From positions 4,891-68,890 of the forward strand of contig JAZQFS010000064.1 in assembly GCA_045539625.1 (NCBI GenBank): DNA of 64,000 bases. Direction: 5' to 3'. Of this stretch, positions 20,101-29,162 are shown piece by piece (position 1 is the stretch's first letter; each line of letters starts with the position of its first letter). The notes beneath the pieces were generated by a model. That model worked only from the letters and a program-made list of their open reading frames with translations, made no database searches and was not told the DNA's origin. Made by a program: the position numbers and the translations under genes. This DNA is from Eubacteriales bacterium (GTDB lineage: Bacteria; Bacillota; Clostridia; Oscillospirales; CAG-382).

Positions 20101-22481
20101 AGAAGACCTTCAACTTCACAAGAACAGACTCTCACGCCTTTGCAGACGGCAAGGTTACTATTGTTGCAGAAAGTGAAACAACCAAGGGCGACAGTATCAT
20201 GAGAACGGATAAGTTCAAGGGTATTGATACAAGCAAGGTTGATGCACTTCATATCAGAATGAAGGCGACAGATGCTTCAAATATAATCATATATCCCACC
20301 TTTGACTATGATGCGGCTCACACCGCAGCAAAGAGCATGAAGGCTAAGTATACAACACCCGGCGAATGGCAGGATATTTACATTGACCTTCGTGAATCTC
20401 CCTTCTGGCAGGGTAAGCTCAGTAACCTGCGTCTTAACCTCTTTAACGGTGCTTACGGTACTTATGAGTGCGACACTATCGAGCTTATGACCTACGGCGA
20501 CAAGTCAAATGCGGAAACAGATGTATACGGCATTTTTGTTGACGGCGTAAAGCTTGACATCAGCAAGGGTTATATTAACGATGACGGCAGCGAAGTTTAC
20601 CTTGCGGCACTTCCCGTACAGGGCTTCTATGCTTGCACAAACATCTATCACGAGTGGTACCGCTTTGACGGCGAAGGTAAGCTTTACCTCAAGGCAGGCA
20701 ACGGTGCAAACGCTAAGGAAATAGTATTCACCGTCGGCTCAAAGACAGCGCTTGTTAACGGTACGGAAAAGACACTTGCAAAGGAATTCTATCTCTATGA
20801 TGCAATTCCCGTGCTTCCCTTAAAGTTTGTATATGACAATTTGGGTATCAAGTACACCTATGATGAAACAAACGGCATCAAGACCGATATCAGAGGCGTG
20901 GATTTCACGGCAATTATTGACAGCAGAAAGTCACATCAGTATGACTTTAATGTTGCAGGCGACCTTGAAGGCTGGTCCTTCGGTAAGGCAACAGGCTTTG
21001 TTCTTGACGGTGCGGCAGTGGTTGTTCCCCTTGAGCAGTCAGGCGGAAAGTTTGACTCCATTTTCAGCACAACAAAGCTAAGACCTGAGGTTCTTGTTGC
21101 AACAAACTGCGACACAATTACCGTAAGAATGAAGTTCGAGTTTGCCGAAGGCGAAGAGCCTGAAGCATGGAGACTTACACCTCAGCTGTTCTTCAATACA
21201 AGCAGCGACACATCTTTTGCAGCATCAAGACAGGTTAACGGTCAGAGATATTCAGAGGCTCCAATCGACGAAGAAGGCTGGGCAATCTTCACCTTTGATA
21301 TGACAACCAACGAAAACTGGAAGGGCTCTATCACAGAGTTGAGACTTGACCCCTCATCTTCAGGTGCAACAGCTATCATTGATTACATCAAGTGTAACCT
21401 TAAAGATACAGGTATTGACGAGGGTACAATCTACGAGGAACCCGAAGAAGTTGCTGTTAAAGAATACAACTTTGACGAAGAGGTTGACACAAAGATTATT
21501 TCCATGACAAGAGCAAACGCAGCCTATGAAAACGGTCACCTTGTTATGGAAGCCACACCAAAGGATAACGGCAAGTATGACCCCATCATCAATGTTAAGG
21601 AAGGCTTTGATGCTTCAACCATTGGTAAGGTTGTTGTAAGATTAAAGCTTGAGGGTATTTCAGGCAATGAAGGCATTCAGCTTTACTTTGCTACTCCCGA
21701 CGCAAATTACTCTGCTGACAGATGTCTTTCATTAAGCTATTCGAAGCTTAAGGCTGATTCAGAAGGTTATTACACGGTTACATTTGACACCTCCAAGCTT
21801 ACAGGCTGGAACGGTGCAATCAAGTCCGTTCGTATAGACCCCTATAACTGTGCAGGTAAGGCTTATGTTGACTATATTAAGCTTTATGCACCAAAGGGTG
21901 GTGTGGTTGCCCCTGTACCTTCTACACCTGCGACACCGTCTACACCTGCTCCTTCCACTCCCGCAGAGCCTCAGAAGCCTGCAGTAAGTGCCGATGGAAA
22001 ATTGGTGTTGATAAACGGTGATGCCGAGGATACCTCCAATGACACAGCCTTCTATTCAATGTACGGCAGCAACAAGGTAAGCATTGTTGAAGACCCCACC
22101 AATCCAAAGAACCACGTTTGGAGAATTGAGCCTACCAAGGAAGGCAAGATTTACACATCTCTGCTTCAGAAGGTAACACTTACTCCCGGAAAAACCTATC
22201 AGCTTGAGTTTGATATTTATGTTGTAAGCAATTTTAACGGTGAAGCAGTAGAAAAAGCGGGCTGCTTTGAAAATGTCATTTACAATGATGATAAGAAAAA
22301 TCATACGAAGTTCGCAGCAAGCATCAATTCAGGCGAATGGAAGCATTGTAAAGCAGAGGTTGCAGTTGATGCATCTTCTGCTGACAGAAGCGGCGATGTA
22401 ATCGGTATGTTTGTAAGTCCTCTGAATGATATTGGTTTAATATCTTTGGTTGACAATATGACAGTTACCGTTGTTGACTGA
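17139..22481 (+). CDS. SLH-anchored multidomain protein with GH99-like (WbsX-like) domain, copper-amine-oxidase-N-like domain, RLD-type domains and C-terminal CBM-like domain
   Basis: Signal peptide and 3 SLH repeats. MGFYDE..DWEIKYMVEHGID, WEN and WNEYAEGHW motifs. PST-rich linker. LINGDAED C-terminal domain. Confidence 0.75.
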   Translation: MKKFLLGTFATATLALSLNVGASSAFAKVNNYADTSFTDVKETAWYASEIQSAYELGFMNGTSDTLMSPDGTVTVAQAVTIASRANAVYNGRSGELEKTTGTKWYDVYLDYAEKYGIIDKADYNSFDRAARRYEVALMFANALPESHYTAKNNVTSIPDVYPEDDFYDEILMLYKAGVVMGSDNYGTFFPNNSIKRSEIAAIINRAALPEGRKSGTLKEYTADRMDQAVLLIDDLTAITHGRKDDLGGTDLNHAWNVDDRGNPTLNKNANQTGSFSDMKDDALVAVRRYITPVTDQHVVLETRISLSDAGDGFSVYLSSPDKKPVVGFVSENGYWGVLGKTNTMSKIAYADGINDFKLDMDLAGKSATLFVNGELAATGEIGDFDCLNEISFSTSDEGKMSFGFVTTRLYMNYNLFDSFRWEAFEKAPYGYKTEGNVLVKTKTTGDFDSQSVMMNGASSASKSFEAIKNGFVVEAYVLPVSDTNKASVELKNGTETVVKIDMENGVYSIGGKKVWQYHGDIWQIVRVEKSSDGKTVVRLCGKDVYEFDYNGAVDSITITNEGKELWFDDVKAYNTYDFVDYVSQPVAVNEMDDYILTMSVCSLWHEGTHYGWDFVAPYDELIPIMGFYDEGLVETADWEIKYMVEHGIDAFQPCWYAGTSSTDNPMKIARNNQYAIHDGYFNAKYKDMLDICIMWENQGFTSGLTKEKFQKLLWNYWVDYYFTDPNYLTIDNKAFLTIYRMDVFLSCFTSGEEAMEVLNFMREDIKNYGYDDIIITFNCYSDNANKYDTTAKNAGLKFDGYVPYHWGINAHDPEFVKNQHNVGYKGEGDNFIVPCASTGRNIIGWEQTRSPIATHEQHVEVLEFIKNDYLKRAEADFGADSWQSKLVFFGTWNEYAEGHWLAPTGRNGNGPYFDYSSAWANVFTGVDTSVYDIEPTAGQKARIAYMYPAVDVPIRAWLLESDGEEAPTEEEIPTTVVAKVDFTNEEHQKTFNFTRTDSHAFADGKVTIVAESETTKGDSIMRTDKFKGIDTSKVDALHIRMKATDASNIIIYPTFDYDAAHTAAKSMKAKYTTPGEWQDIYIDLRESPFWQGKLSNLRLNLFNGAYGTYECDTIELMTYGDKSNAETDVYGIFVDGVKLDISKGYINDDGSEVYLAALPVQGFYACTNIYHEWYRFDGEGKLYLKAGNGANAKEIVFTVGSKTALVNGTEKTLAKEFYLYDAIPVLPLKFVYDNLGIKYTYDETNGIKTDIRGVDFTAIIDSRKSHQYDFNVAGDLEGWSFGKATGFVLDGAAVVVPLEQSGGKFDSIFSTTKLRPEVLVATNCDTITVRMKFEFAEGEEPEAWRLTPQLFFNTSSDTSFAASRQVNGQRYSEAPIDEEGWAIFTFDMTTNENWKGSITELRLDPSSSGATAIIDYIKCNLKDTGIDEGTIYEEPEEVAVKEYNFDEEVDTKIISMTRANAAYENGHLVMEATPKDNGKYDPIINVKEGFDASTIGKVVVRLKLEGISGNEGIQLYFATPDANYSADRCLSLSYSKLKADSEGYYTVTFDTSKLTGWNGAIKSVRIDPYNCAGKAYVDYIKLYAPKGGVVAPVPSTPATPSTPAPSTPAEPQKPAVSADGKLVLINGDAEDTSNDTAFYSMYGSNKVSIVEDPTNPKNHVWRIEPTKEGKIYTSLLQKVTLTPGKTYQLEFDIYVVSNFNGEAVEKAGCFENVIYNDDKKNHTKFAASINSGEWKHCKAEVAVDASSADRSGDVIGMFVSPLNDIGLISLVDNMTVTVVD

Positions 22482-22497
22482 CAATAATTCCATATAT

Positions 22498-22527
22498 AAA
22501 GACGGCTCGAAAGAGTCGTCTTTTTTT
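22498..22527 (+). terminator. Intrinsic terminator
   Basis: AAAGACGGCTC-GAAA-GAGTCGTCTTT followed by a T tract. Confidence 0.85.
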
Positions 22528-22616
22528 GCTTATTCTATTGCATTTTGAAAAATGTAGTGTTATAATACAAGTGAATTGACAAATCAGTTCAAATTTCAGC
22601 TAAAAAGGTGATTATT

Positions 22617-23240
22617 ATGAAGAAAATACTTTTTCAGGGCGACTCCATAACAGACTGCGGAAGAAGCAGAGATAATGACGGCTATAAGGGACACGGCTAT
22701 CCCAATAAGGTTATGGGCGTGCTGGGTTATGACTTCCCCGGTGAATATGAATTTATCAACAGAGGCGTAGGCGGCGACAGAATTGTAAGCGTATACGCAA
22801 GAATAAAGTCTGATATCATCAACTTAAAGCCTGACTATATGAGCCTTCTTATCGGTGTAAACGACGTGTGGCACGAGGTTGGCTGGCAGAACGGCGTAGA
22901 TGCCGAAAAGTTTGAAAAGATTTATGATATGCTTCTTACTGAAATCAAGGAAGCACTTCCTAACATAAAGATTATGCTTTTGGGTGCTTATGTAACAAAG
23001 GGCAAGGCAACAGAGGGAGCATGGGACTACTTCTCGGAAGAAGTTGCAAAGAGAGCAGCTGTTGCCAAGAAGCTTGCCGAAAAGCACGGACTTGTGTATG
23101 TTCCTCTTCAGGAACGCTTTGACGAAGCTATTGCAAAGCAGCCTGAGCCCTACTGGACACAGGAAGGCGTTCATCCCACACCTATGGGACATGAGCTTAT
23201 TGCAAGAGAATGGTTAAAAGCATTTGAAACAATAAAGTAA
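22617..23240 (+). CDS. SGNH/GDSL hydrolase
   Basis: GDSIT, NRGVGG, GVND and EGVHP blocks. Confidence 0.9.
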   Translation: MKKILFQGDSITDCGRSRDNDGYKGHGYPNKVMGVLGYDFPGEYEFINRGVGGDRIVSVYARIKSDIINLKPDYMSLLIGVNDVWHEVGWQNGVDAEKFEKIYDMLLTEIKEALPNIKIMLLGAYVTKGKATEGAWDYFSEEVAKRAAVAKKLAEKHGLVYVPLQERFDEAIAKQPEPYWTQEGVHPTPMGHELIAREWLKAFETIK

Positions 23241-23255
23241 TTACCGTAAAACAAT

Positions 23256-23292
23256 AAGAGAGTCGAAGCAAAATGCCTCGGCTCTCTTTTTT
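23256..23292. terminator. Bidirectional terminator
   Basis: AAGAGAGTCGA...TCGGCTCTCTT between convergent genes. Confidence 0.75.
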
Positions 23293-23304
23293 GTTATATG
23301 CTTT

Positions 23305-23958
23305 TTAAAATTGGTCAAGCTCTTCTTTAAGTGCTTCTCTGAAGTAATCAGCAAAAATATCGTAGCCTTCTTTGTTGAAATGAACACCGTCCTGTACAAA
23401 AATGTCAGGATTTTCAAAAGGCTTGTAGTTATGCAAATCAAGGAAGAAACAGTTGGGCGTGTTTTCAGCAAGTTCTTTTAAAAGGCTGTCATATTCACGC
23501 TTTTTTGCAAGGTTTTCGGGTGTTTCCTCTTTTCTGCGGCAGGATGAGCATAAGTAAATGCGTGTGTCGGGAAAATCAGCTCTTGTATACGCAACCACTC
23601 TTTGTGCAAGTTCAAAACATTCCTCTGTGGAATATCCGAAGCAGCCGCCGTTGCCCGAAGGCTTGTAAACAAGCACCTTTGGTGCTAAAGGCAGTACCAT
23701 TCTGTGATAATAGTATACGTGATGCTCCTCACCGCTTGAACCAAAGCCGCGGTTTATACAGCATTTTGCACCGCTTTTGCCTTTTAACGCTTCTTCAAGT
23801 GGAGTCATGCCCCAGCTTTCTTTCCATCTTGTAAAGTTGGACGGACCGTAAAATACGATTTTTCCTTTTTCTATCGGCTCTTTTTCGTACTCCTGTACAA
23901 CATTTTCCATTGAGCTGATCCAAAGCTCAATAACCTTTAATCCTACTCTTACCGGCAT
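23305..23958 (-). CDS. SGNH/GDSL-like esterase
   Basis: FYGPSNF, NRGFGSS, GN and DGVH blocks. Confidence 0.75.
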   Translation of the reverse strand: MPVRVGLKVIELWISSMENVVQEYEKEPIEKGKIVFYGPSNFTRWKESWGMTPLEEALKGKSGAKCCINRGFGSSGEEHHVYYYHRMVLPLAPKVLVYKPSGNGGCFGYSTEECFELAQRVVAYTRADFPDTRIYLCSSCRRKEETPENLAKKREYDSLLKELAENTPNCFFLDLHNYKPFENPDIFVQDGVHFNKEGYDIFADYFREALKEELDQF

Positions 23959-23977
23959 AATATTTACCTCCTATTAT

Positions 23978-24895
23978 TTACGCACCGTATCTTGTATCAA
24001 GAAAATGGCGCATTACTTTTACTGCAAATTCTGCTGTCTGCTTTTCAAAGTCTTTGCCGAAATGACCGAGACTCAGCTCCATATTGTAAACACCCTTGTA
24101 GCCGATTTCATCAAGTGCATCAAATACATCGTTCCAGTCAATACATCCTGTAAGAGGAATCTTGTGCTGGTCGGTTAAGGTGTCGTTGTCGTTAAGGTGC
24201 AGAACTTCAATTTTGCTTCCCAACATTCTGATAACATCGGCAGGGGAAGGGTTATTGTTAAAACGTAAAGCCTTGTTGGAGTGACCTGTATCGGCACACA
24301 TTACAAAGTAGTCTGCATTGTCGCCGTAAGCGGCAATACGGTTGTAGCTCTTTAAAAACTCATCTGCATTGCCGAAAAAGTCGCAGCACTTTTTGCTGGG
24401 AGCATCGCCGAAGGTTTCGGTAGCAATCTTGATGCCGTACTGCTTTGCAAAGTCAAGGTACTTGCAGAACATTTCAAAGTTTAAGTCACGCATAAGCTTG
24501 GGATCGCAATCGGGACCCATTCTGCAGGTGGTGACGGAGTGCATAACACAAACGGGTGCACCAAGAGTCTTTGCAACAAGACAGTCAAGTCTTGCGTTTT
24601 TTACCATTGCATCGTTCCATTCGGGGTCGTCCGTGAAGCCTTCAATTCTGCCGTGAGTCTGGCTTATTTCAAGACCGATGCTGTCGGCAATGTTCTTTAT
24701 TCCTGTGAAATATGAGATTATTTCATCATCGCTCTTGTGAAAAATGCTGTCTTCCTTGCAGTAGTCATAGTGAGGGTGGCAGGTGTCAAAGTCAACAGCA
24801 TCCGCACCTATGCTTTTTGCAAATCTTATCGCTTCCTCGTCGCCGTACTTTCTCTGAAGACCGCCGATGGAAAAGCCTACCTTTTTGTGTGCCAT
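23978..24895 (-). CDS. Sugar phosphate isomerase/epimerase (TIM barrel)
   Basis: IATET, DTGH, LHLNDN...DQH and NMEL metal-binding motifs. Confidence 0.85.
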   Translation of the reverse strand: MAHKKVGFSIGGLQRKYGDEEAIRFAKSIGADAVDFDTCHPHYDYCKEDSIFHKSDDEIISYFTGIKNIADSIGLEISQTHGRIEGFTDDPEWNDAMVKNARLDCLVAKTLGAPVCVMHSVTTCRMGPDCDPKLMRDLNFEMFCKYLDFAKQYGIKIATETFGDAPSKKCCDFFGNADEFLKSYNRIAAYGDNADYFVMCADTGHSNKALRFNNNPSPADVIRMLGSKIEVLHLNDNDTLTDQHKIPLTGCIDWNDVFDALDEIGYKGVYNMELSLGHFGKDFEKQTAEFAVKVMRHFLDTRYGA

Positions 24896-24908
24896 AACAA
24901 AACTCCCT

Positions 24909-26312
24909 TTATTCTATAGTAACATTGGTAACTCTTTCGCCTGTGTCAATACGAAGTTCATCGAGGCTTTCCATCTTTTTGCCGTTGATAACAATGTTTT
25001 CAAAGTGAACGCCGTCAATGTGAGTATCAGGGGCATTTGCCTTTATGTATGAAGCGGGTGTACGTCCTGCTTCGTCTGTAACATAAATATCCTTGAAGTA
25101 TACGTTCTTGATGTTGCCTGTCCTGTCGTCCTTTGAGTACATTGTTCTCTGGGTTGCAACAACGCAAAGATAAGGCATAAAGTTTTCGTTGGGGTTTACA
25201 TAAACCTGACCAACCTCCTGCTGCATAACAGAGGCGTACCACTTTGCTGTGTACTCACATCGGATATCTTCAAAATAGATGTTGGAAAACTCAGCTCTGT
25301 CGCCGTGCTGAACGTCCATCATAACAGACATTCCGTGGATTATGTCAATGTTTTTAAACTTGATTCCCGAGAAGGAAGGTGCACAGGTTTCTGCACCAAG
25401 CTCAATTGCTCTGCCCCAGTCACACCACAGCACGCAGTTTTCTGCATAGATGTTCTGTACGGGCATGGTGGTGTTTCCGCAAAGTCCCTTTACAACGATG
25501 CAGTCATCGTAGTTACGCAGATAGCTGTTTCTGAGAATACAGTTTGTTGCGTTTGTGAAGTCAACACCGTCGGAATTGTATCTCCACATGCCACAAAGCT
25601 TGATGTTGTCAACAACAACATTCTTGCAGCCCTCATAGTGCATACTCCATGCACTTGCATCAACACAGACAATACCTTCAACGTGTACGTTTTCGCATTT
25701 TCTGAAGTTTACAATTGAACCCTGACCACGCTCAAGCAGACTGTTGTCAACAATTCCGTAGCCCATTATTGTGACGTTCTTTTTTTCAGTTGCGCCGAAG
25801 CCGCCGTAAACAACGGCATCCTTGTCAACGTAAACGGTCTGATTGTCTTCAAGTATAAGCTGTTTTTCAAGATAATGAACACCCGGACCGAAGTAGATTA
25901 CGTTGTCATCATTTTCCGAAACGGAAAATTCCTTTTCAGGATCGATGAATACCGTAACAACATTGTGTGTGTCGTCAAATTCAACGGAATACTGACCGAC
26001 ACCGGGGAAGGTTATGCTTGCTGTGTTGCCGTCCACTTTTGCTGCAACATTCTTTGAAAGAGGGCGGACTGTTACCTTGGAAAATGCCTTTTCGGGGGTG
26101 ATTTCAAGAGTGACTTCTCCGCTTGCTCCAAGAGAAACAAAGCTTGTAGGCTCGGTCTGCTCAATAGGTCTTTGATAGCCCGGCCATACCTGATTTATGG
26201 GATATGCGGAGACAGGAGTGGTTATGGATTTCAATTCCTTGCCTTCGCAGGTGATTCTAAGATTTTCGGAAATTTTGTTATACTTTTCGGGGTAATTATA
26301 TAAAACAGACAT
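24909..26312 (-). CDS. Right-handed beta-helix glycosidase, GH28-like
   Basis: YFGPGVH, NSDGVD and DDCIVVK. Start chosen from the RBS and the promoter at 26344-26372. Confidence 0.65.
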   Translation of the reverse strand: MSVLYNYPEKYNKISENLRITCEGKELKSITTPVSAYPINQVWPGYQRPIEQTEPTSFVSLGASGEVTLEITPEKAFSKVTVRPLSKNVAAKVDGNTASITFPGVGQYSVEFDDTHNVVTVFIDPEKEFSVSENDDNVIYFGPGVHYLEKQLILEDNQTVYVDKDAVVYGGFGATEKKNVTIMGYGIVDNSLLERGQGSIVNFRKCENVHVEGIVCVDASAWSMHYEGCKNVVVDNIKLCGMWRYNSDGVDFTNATNCILRNSYLRNYDDCIVVKGLCGNTTMPVQNIYAENCVLWCDWGRAIELGAETCAPSFSGIKFKNIDIIHGMSVMMDVQHGDRAEFSNIYFEDIRCEYTAKWYASVMQQEVGQVYVNPNENFMPYLCVVATQRTMYSKDDRTGNIKNVYFKDIYVTDEAGRTPASYIKANAPDTHIDGVHFENIVINGKKMESLDELRIDTGERVTNVTIE

Positions 26313-26343
26313 AATGATACCGCCTTTCCTTGTTGATAAGTTG

Positions 26344-26372
26344 ATTATAATACAAATAATGGGTTTTGTCAA
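26344..26372 (-). promoter_or_regulatory. Sigma-A promoter
   Basis: Perfect TTGACA-17 bp-TATAAT on the minus strand. Confidence 0.8.
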
Positions 26373-26386
26373 TCAGAAAAGAGCAG

Positions 26387-27115
26387 TCATCTGAGTGTTT
26401 TTTTCAGCGCATGGCTAAGAGATGAGGCGTATTTGAACCCCGTCATATCTGCTGCAGCCTGAAGTGATGAGCCTGCTGAAACTAACTCCTTTGCAATGCT
26501 TAACCTGAGTCTTGATAAATAAACGTGAGGTGTTATGCCGAAAGCCTTCTTGAATTTTCGGATAAAATAGTCCTCATTGAGAAATAAGTGTTGTGCTATT
26601 TCTCTCACGGTTATATCGTTCATATAATTTTTTTCTATGTACCGTATACTGTCGGTAATGTCGGTGCTTTGCACCTGAGAAACGGGATGCAGCGATAAAA
26701 ACAAAGTCAAAAAAGCCTCTAACGCTTTTGCGGCGATATCTTTGTTTTGCTGAATGGGTGATGCCTTGAAATTTGCTGCTGTGCTTTCCATTATATGAAG
26801 AAAAACGGGGAAAAGAGGGTGTTCATCAATTGATGCACAGATAAAGGATGCAGATACTGCTGACGGAGTCATTATAAAGTTGTAAAAAAGATGGTCAAGC
26901 CTGTCATTTGGATCCTGTCTGATTATAAAAGGAAGTGTGGAGGGGAAAAGGTAGAAATGATTGTGCTTTAACAAGACTTCCTCGGTGCCTGTGCGGAAAT
27001 AGGCAGAACCGCCTGTTACATAATAGAGTCTGTAGGGTGTAGGTATATCCTGAGTAAGCCAGTTTACAGGTGCTTTACACTTGCCGCAGGCAAGTAAGTT
27101 TACATTTACTTTGAT
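26387..27115 (-). CDS. AraC-family regulator; probable start at ATC 27115, longer than the ORF-track call
   Basis: Frame open to 27127 and encodes cupin-like RLYYVTGGSAYF. GAGGA RBS lies 9 nt before ATC. C-terminal HTH present. Confidence 0.7.
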   Translation of the reverse strand: MKVNVNLLACGKCKAPVNWLTQDIPTPYRLYYVTGGSAYFRTGTEEVLLKHNHFYLFPSTLPFIIRQDPNDRLDHLFYNFIMTPSAVSASFICASIDEHPLFPVFLHIMESTAANFKASPIQQNKDIAAKALEAFLTLFLSLHPVSQVQSTDITDSIRYIEKNYMNDITVREIAQHLFLNEDYFIRKFKKAFGITPHVYLSRLRLSIAKELVSAGSSLQAAADMTGFKYASSLSHALKKTLR

Positions 27116-27257
27116 AAGAACACTTCCTCAAAGTCGATTTTGAACAATGGTATTTACAATTGCAGTTATTTACAAGTGTCATTGTTTGTTTTACACTTAA
27201 TTATAACACAGGCAAATGATGTGTACAAGATTTTTCACAAAAAAGGAGCAAATAAAA

Positions 27258-28214
27258 ATGACAAACAAGGAATGGTTTAAAAAAGCGGGCTTCGGAATGA
27301 TGCTTCACTGGGGGCTGTATTCTCTTCTCGGCGGTGAGTGGAAGGGACAGAGAATGGATTATATCGGAGAATGGGTAATGTCAAAATACCGTATTCCAAA
27401 TAAGGAATACGAAAAGCTTGCGGGTATATTCAATCCTATATATTTTGATGCCGAGGAATGGGTAAAAAGTGCAAAAAATGCAGGTATGGAATATATGGTT
27501 TTTACGTCCAAGCACCACGAAGGCTTTGCTATGTTTCACTCGAAGGTTGACAAGTATAATGTGGTAGATGCAACGCCCTTTAAGAGGGATGTTGTGTATG
27601 AGCTTGCCAATGCCTGTGCTCGTCACAATATGAAGTTTGGACTGTATTATTCACAGATACTTGACTGGCATGAGCAAAACGGCGGAGGCTACGAATCCCG
27701 TAAAGCCAATTTTGGTATGAGCTGGGATAACGACTGGGACTTTCCCGAAAAAAGCAAAAAGGATTATTTGCAGTGCTATGAGAAGAAAATAAAGCCTCAG
27801 GTTAAGGAAATTCTGACACAGTACGGCGACCTTTGTCTTATATGGTTCGACAACGGCTCGGTGGGGATCCCCGCACAGTGCTCAAAGGAGCTGCTGGATA
27901 TGGTTAAGCATTATCAGCCCGACTGTCTTGTAAATTCCAGAATAGGTAACGGAATGGGCGACTACCGTTCCTGCGGTGACAATGAGCTGCCCGATGCAAG
28001 TATGACAGATGAGCTTATTGAATCCCCCATCACCCTTAATAAAACCTGGGGATACAAGTCATTTGACAATGAATGGAAAAGTGCCGATAAAGTCAAAGAA
28101 ATTCTTGATAAATGCAAGTCTCACGGTGCAAATTTATTGCTTAACATAGGTCCTGACGGACTTGGACGGTTGCCTGCACCTGCAATTGATATTCTTAATT
28201 CGGTAAGACAGTAA
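27258..28214 (+). CDS. Alpha-L-fucosidase, GH29
   Basis: FGMMLHWGLYS, TSKHHEGF, IWFD, LLLNIGP. Confidence 0.9.
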   Translation: MTNKEWFKKAGFGMMLHWGLYSLLGGEWKGQRMDYIGEWVMSKYRIPNKEYEKLAGIFNPIYFDAEEWVKSAKNAGMEYMVFTSKHHEGFAMFHSKVDKYNVVDATPFKRDVVYELANACARHNMKFGLYYSQILDWHEQNGGGYESRKANFGMSWDNDWDFPEKSKKDYLQCYEKKIKPQVKEILTQYGDLCLIWFDNGSVGIPAQCSKELLDMVKHYQPDCLVNSRIGNGMGDYRSCGDNELPDASMTDELIESPITLNKTWGYKSFDNEWKSADKVKEILDKCKSHGANLLLNIGPDGLGRLPAPAIDILNSVRQ

Positions 28215-28438
28215 AAAAATGACCACTGACGGGTTTGTCAGTGGTCTGAAGGAGCATTCAAGTGCTCCTTTTTTTAGTCAAATATATCTTCTTTTTCTTT
28301 GTCAAAGGACAGAATACTTCCGTCCTCGGCAGATACTTCAATGTCGTACTCATAGCTGCCTGCTTTAAATTCGATGTCGTAGTAAAGTACTCCGTCATCT
28401 CTGTCAAGCTCGACTTTTACAAATTTTGCATCCTTTGC
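28189..28438. repeat. 250-bp inverted repeat, copy A
   Basis: Reverse complement of 35724..35973 with 4 mismatches by manual alignment. Confidence 0.95.
28274..28438 (-). pseudogene. 3' fragment of the PepSY gene
   Basis: Encodes AKDAKFVKVELDRDDG...KEDIFD*, matching the C-terminus of 35280..35888. No signal peptide or good RBS. Confidence 0.85.
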
Positions 28439-28564
28439 ATATCGGATAAAGTATCCTTTGTAAAAAGCAAACACTTTCTACGGACAAGCTTTGCCATCTC
28501 CCTTTCGGCTGCCACACTCTTTTGGGTTTACCGAATAATTATATGACGTTTTTTGTGATACATA

Positions 28565-28593
28565 TTGACATAGTGTGACATATTATGTATAAT
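28565..28593 (+). promoter_or_regulatory. Sigma-A promoter
   Basis: Perfect TTGACA-17 bp-TATAAT. Confidence 0.8.
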
Positions 28594-28625
28594 TTAGTCA
28601 GTAAATATATTGGAGGTATTTTATT

Positions 28626-29045
28626 ATGGCTTTTTGTACCAACTGCGGCACACAGGTTGCCGATGATGCAGTTTTTTGCAGCAATTGCGGCGCTTCTTTA
28701 AAAGCAGAGTCTCAGGCTCCCGAAAACAGCGTACCCGTGGCAGCTCCCACTGTTGCACCTCAGGTAAATCCTGCTCCTGCATATACTATGCCATCGGCGG
28801 AAGCACCTGCAGACGAGCCTGCCAAAGGCTTTGCCATTGCTTCAATGGTTTGCGGTATCGTTGCATTTTTCTGCTTCGGTATTATCTTGGGCGTATTGGC
28901 TATTGTATTCGGATACATCGCAAAGAACAAGGGCAACAACGGAAGTATGGCAAAGGCAGGCTTTATCCTCGGCATTATTGCAACGGCACTGTCCTTAGTT
29001 TCACTTGTGGTTTGCACACCGATCTTCTGCGCTGCAGGATTATAA
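28626..29045 (+). CDS. Zinc-ribbon plus DUF4190-like membrane protein
   Basis: FCTNCG...FCSNCG, Pro/Ala linker, two TM helices (AIASMVCGI...LAIVFG). Confidence 0.8.
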   Translation: MAFCTNCGTQVADDAVFCSNCGASLKAESQAPENSVPVAAPTVAPQVNPAPAYTMPSAEAPADEPAKGFAIASMVCGIVAFFCFGIILGVLAIVFGYIAKNKGNNGSMAKAGFILGIIATALSLVSLVVCTPIFCAAGL

Positions 29046-29162
29046 ATCATTTTCGTCAACAAAATCGAGAAGCTTCATTTTGAGGCTTCTTTTTTTGCAT
29101 CAAAAAACTGCCTTTACCTTGTTACGAGTAAAGACAGTCTTTTTGTTTTTGCGAAAATTCAG

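Noticed and set aside
28439-28545. c-di-GMP-I-like GGTAAAC...GAAA...GCAAAGC on the minus strand
   Set aside because: Stems and spacing do not fit the consensus, and no intact gene lies downstream on that strand.
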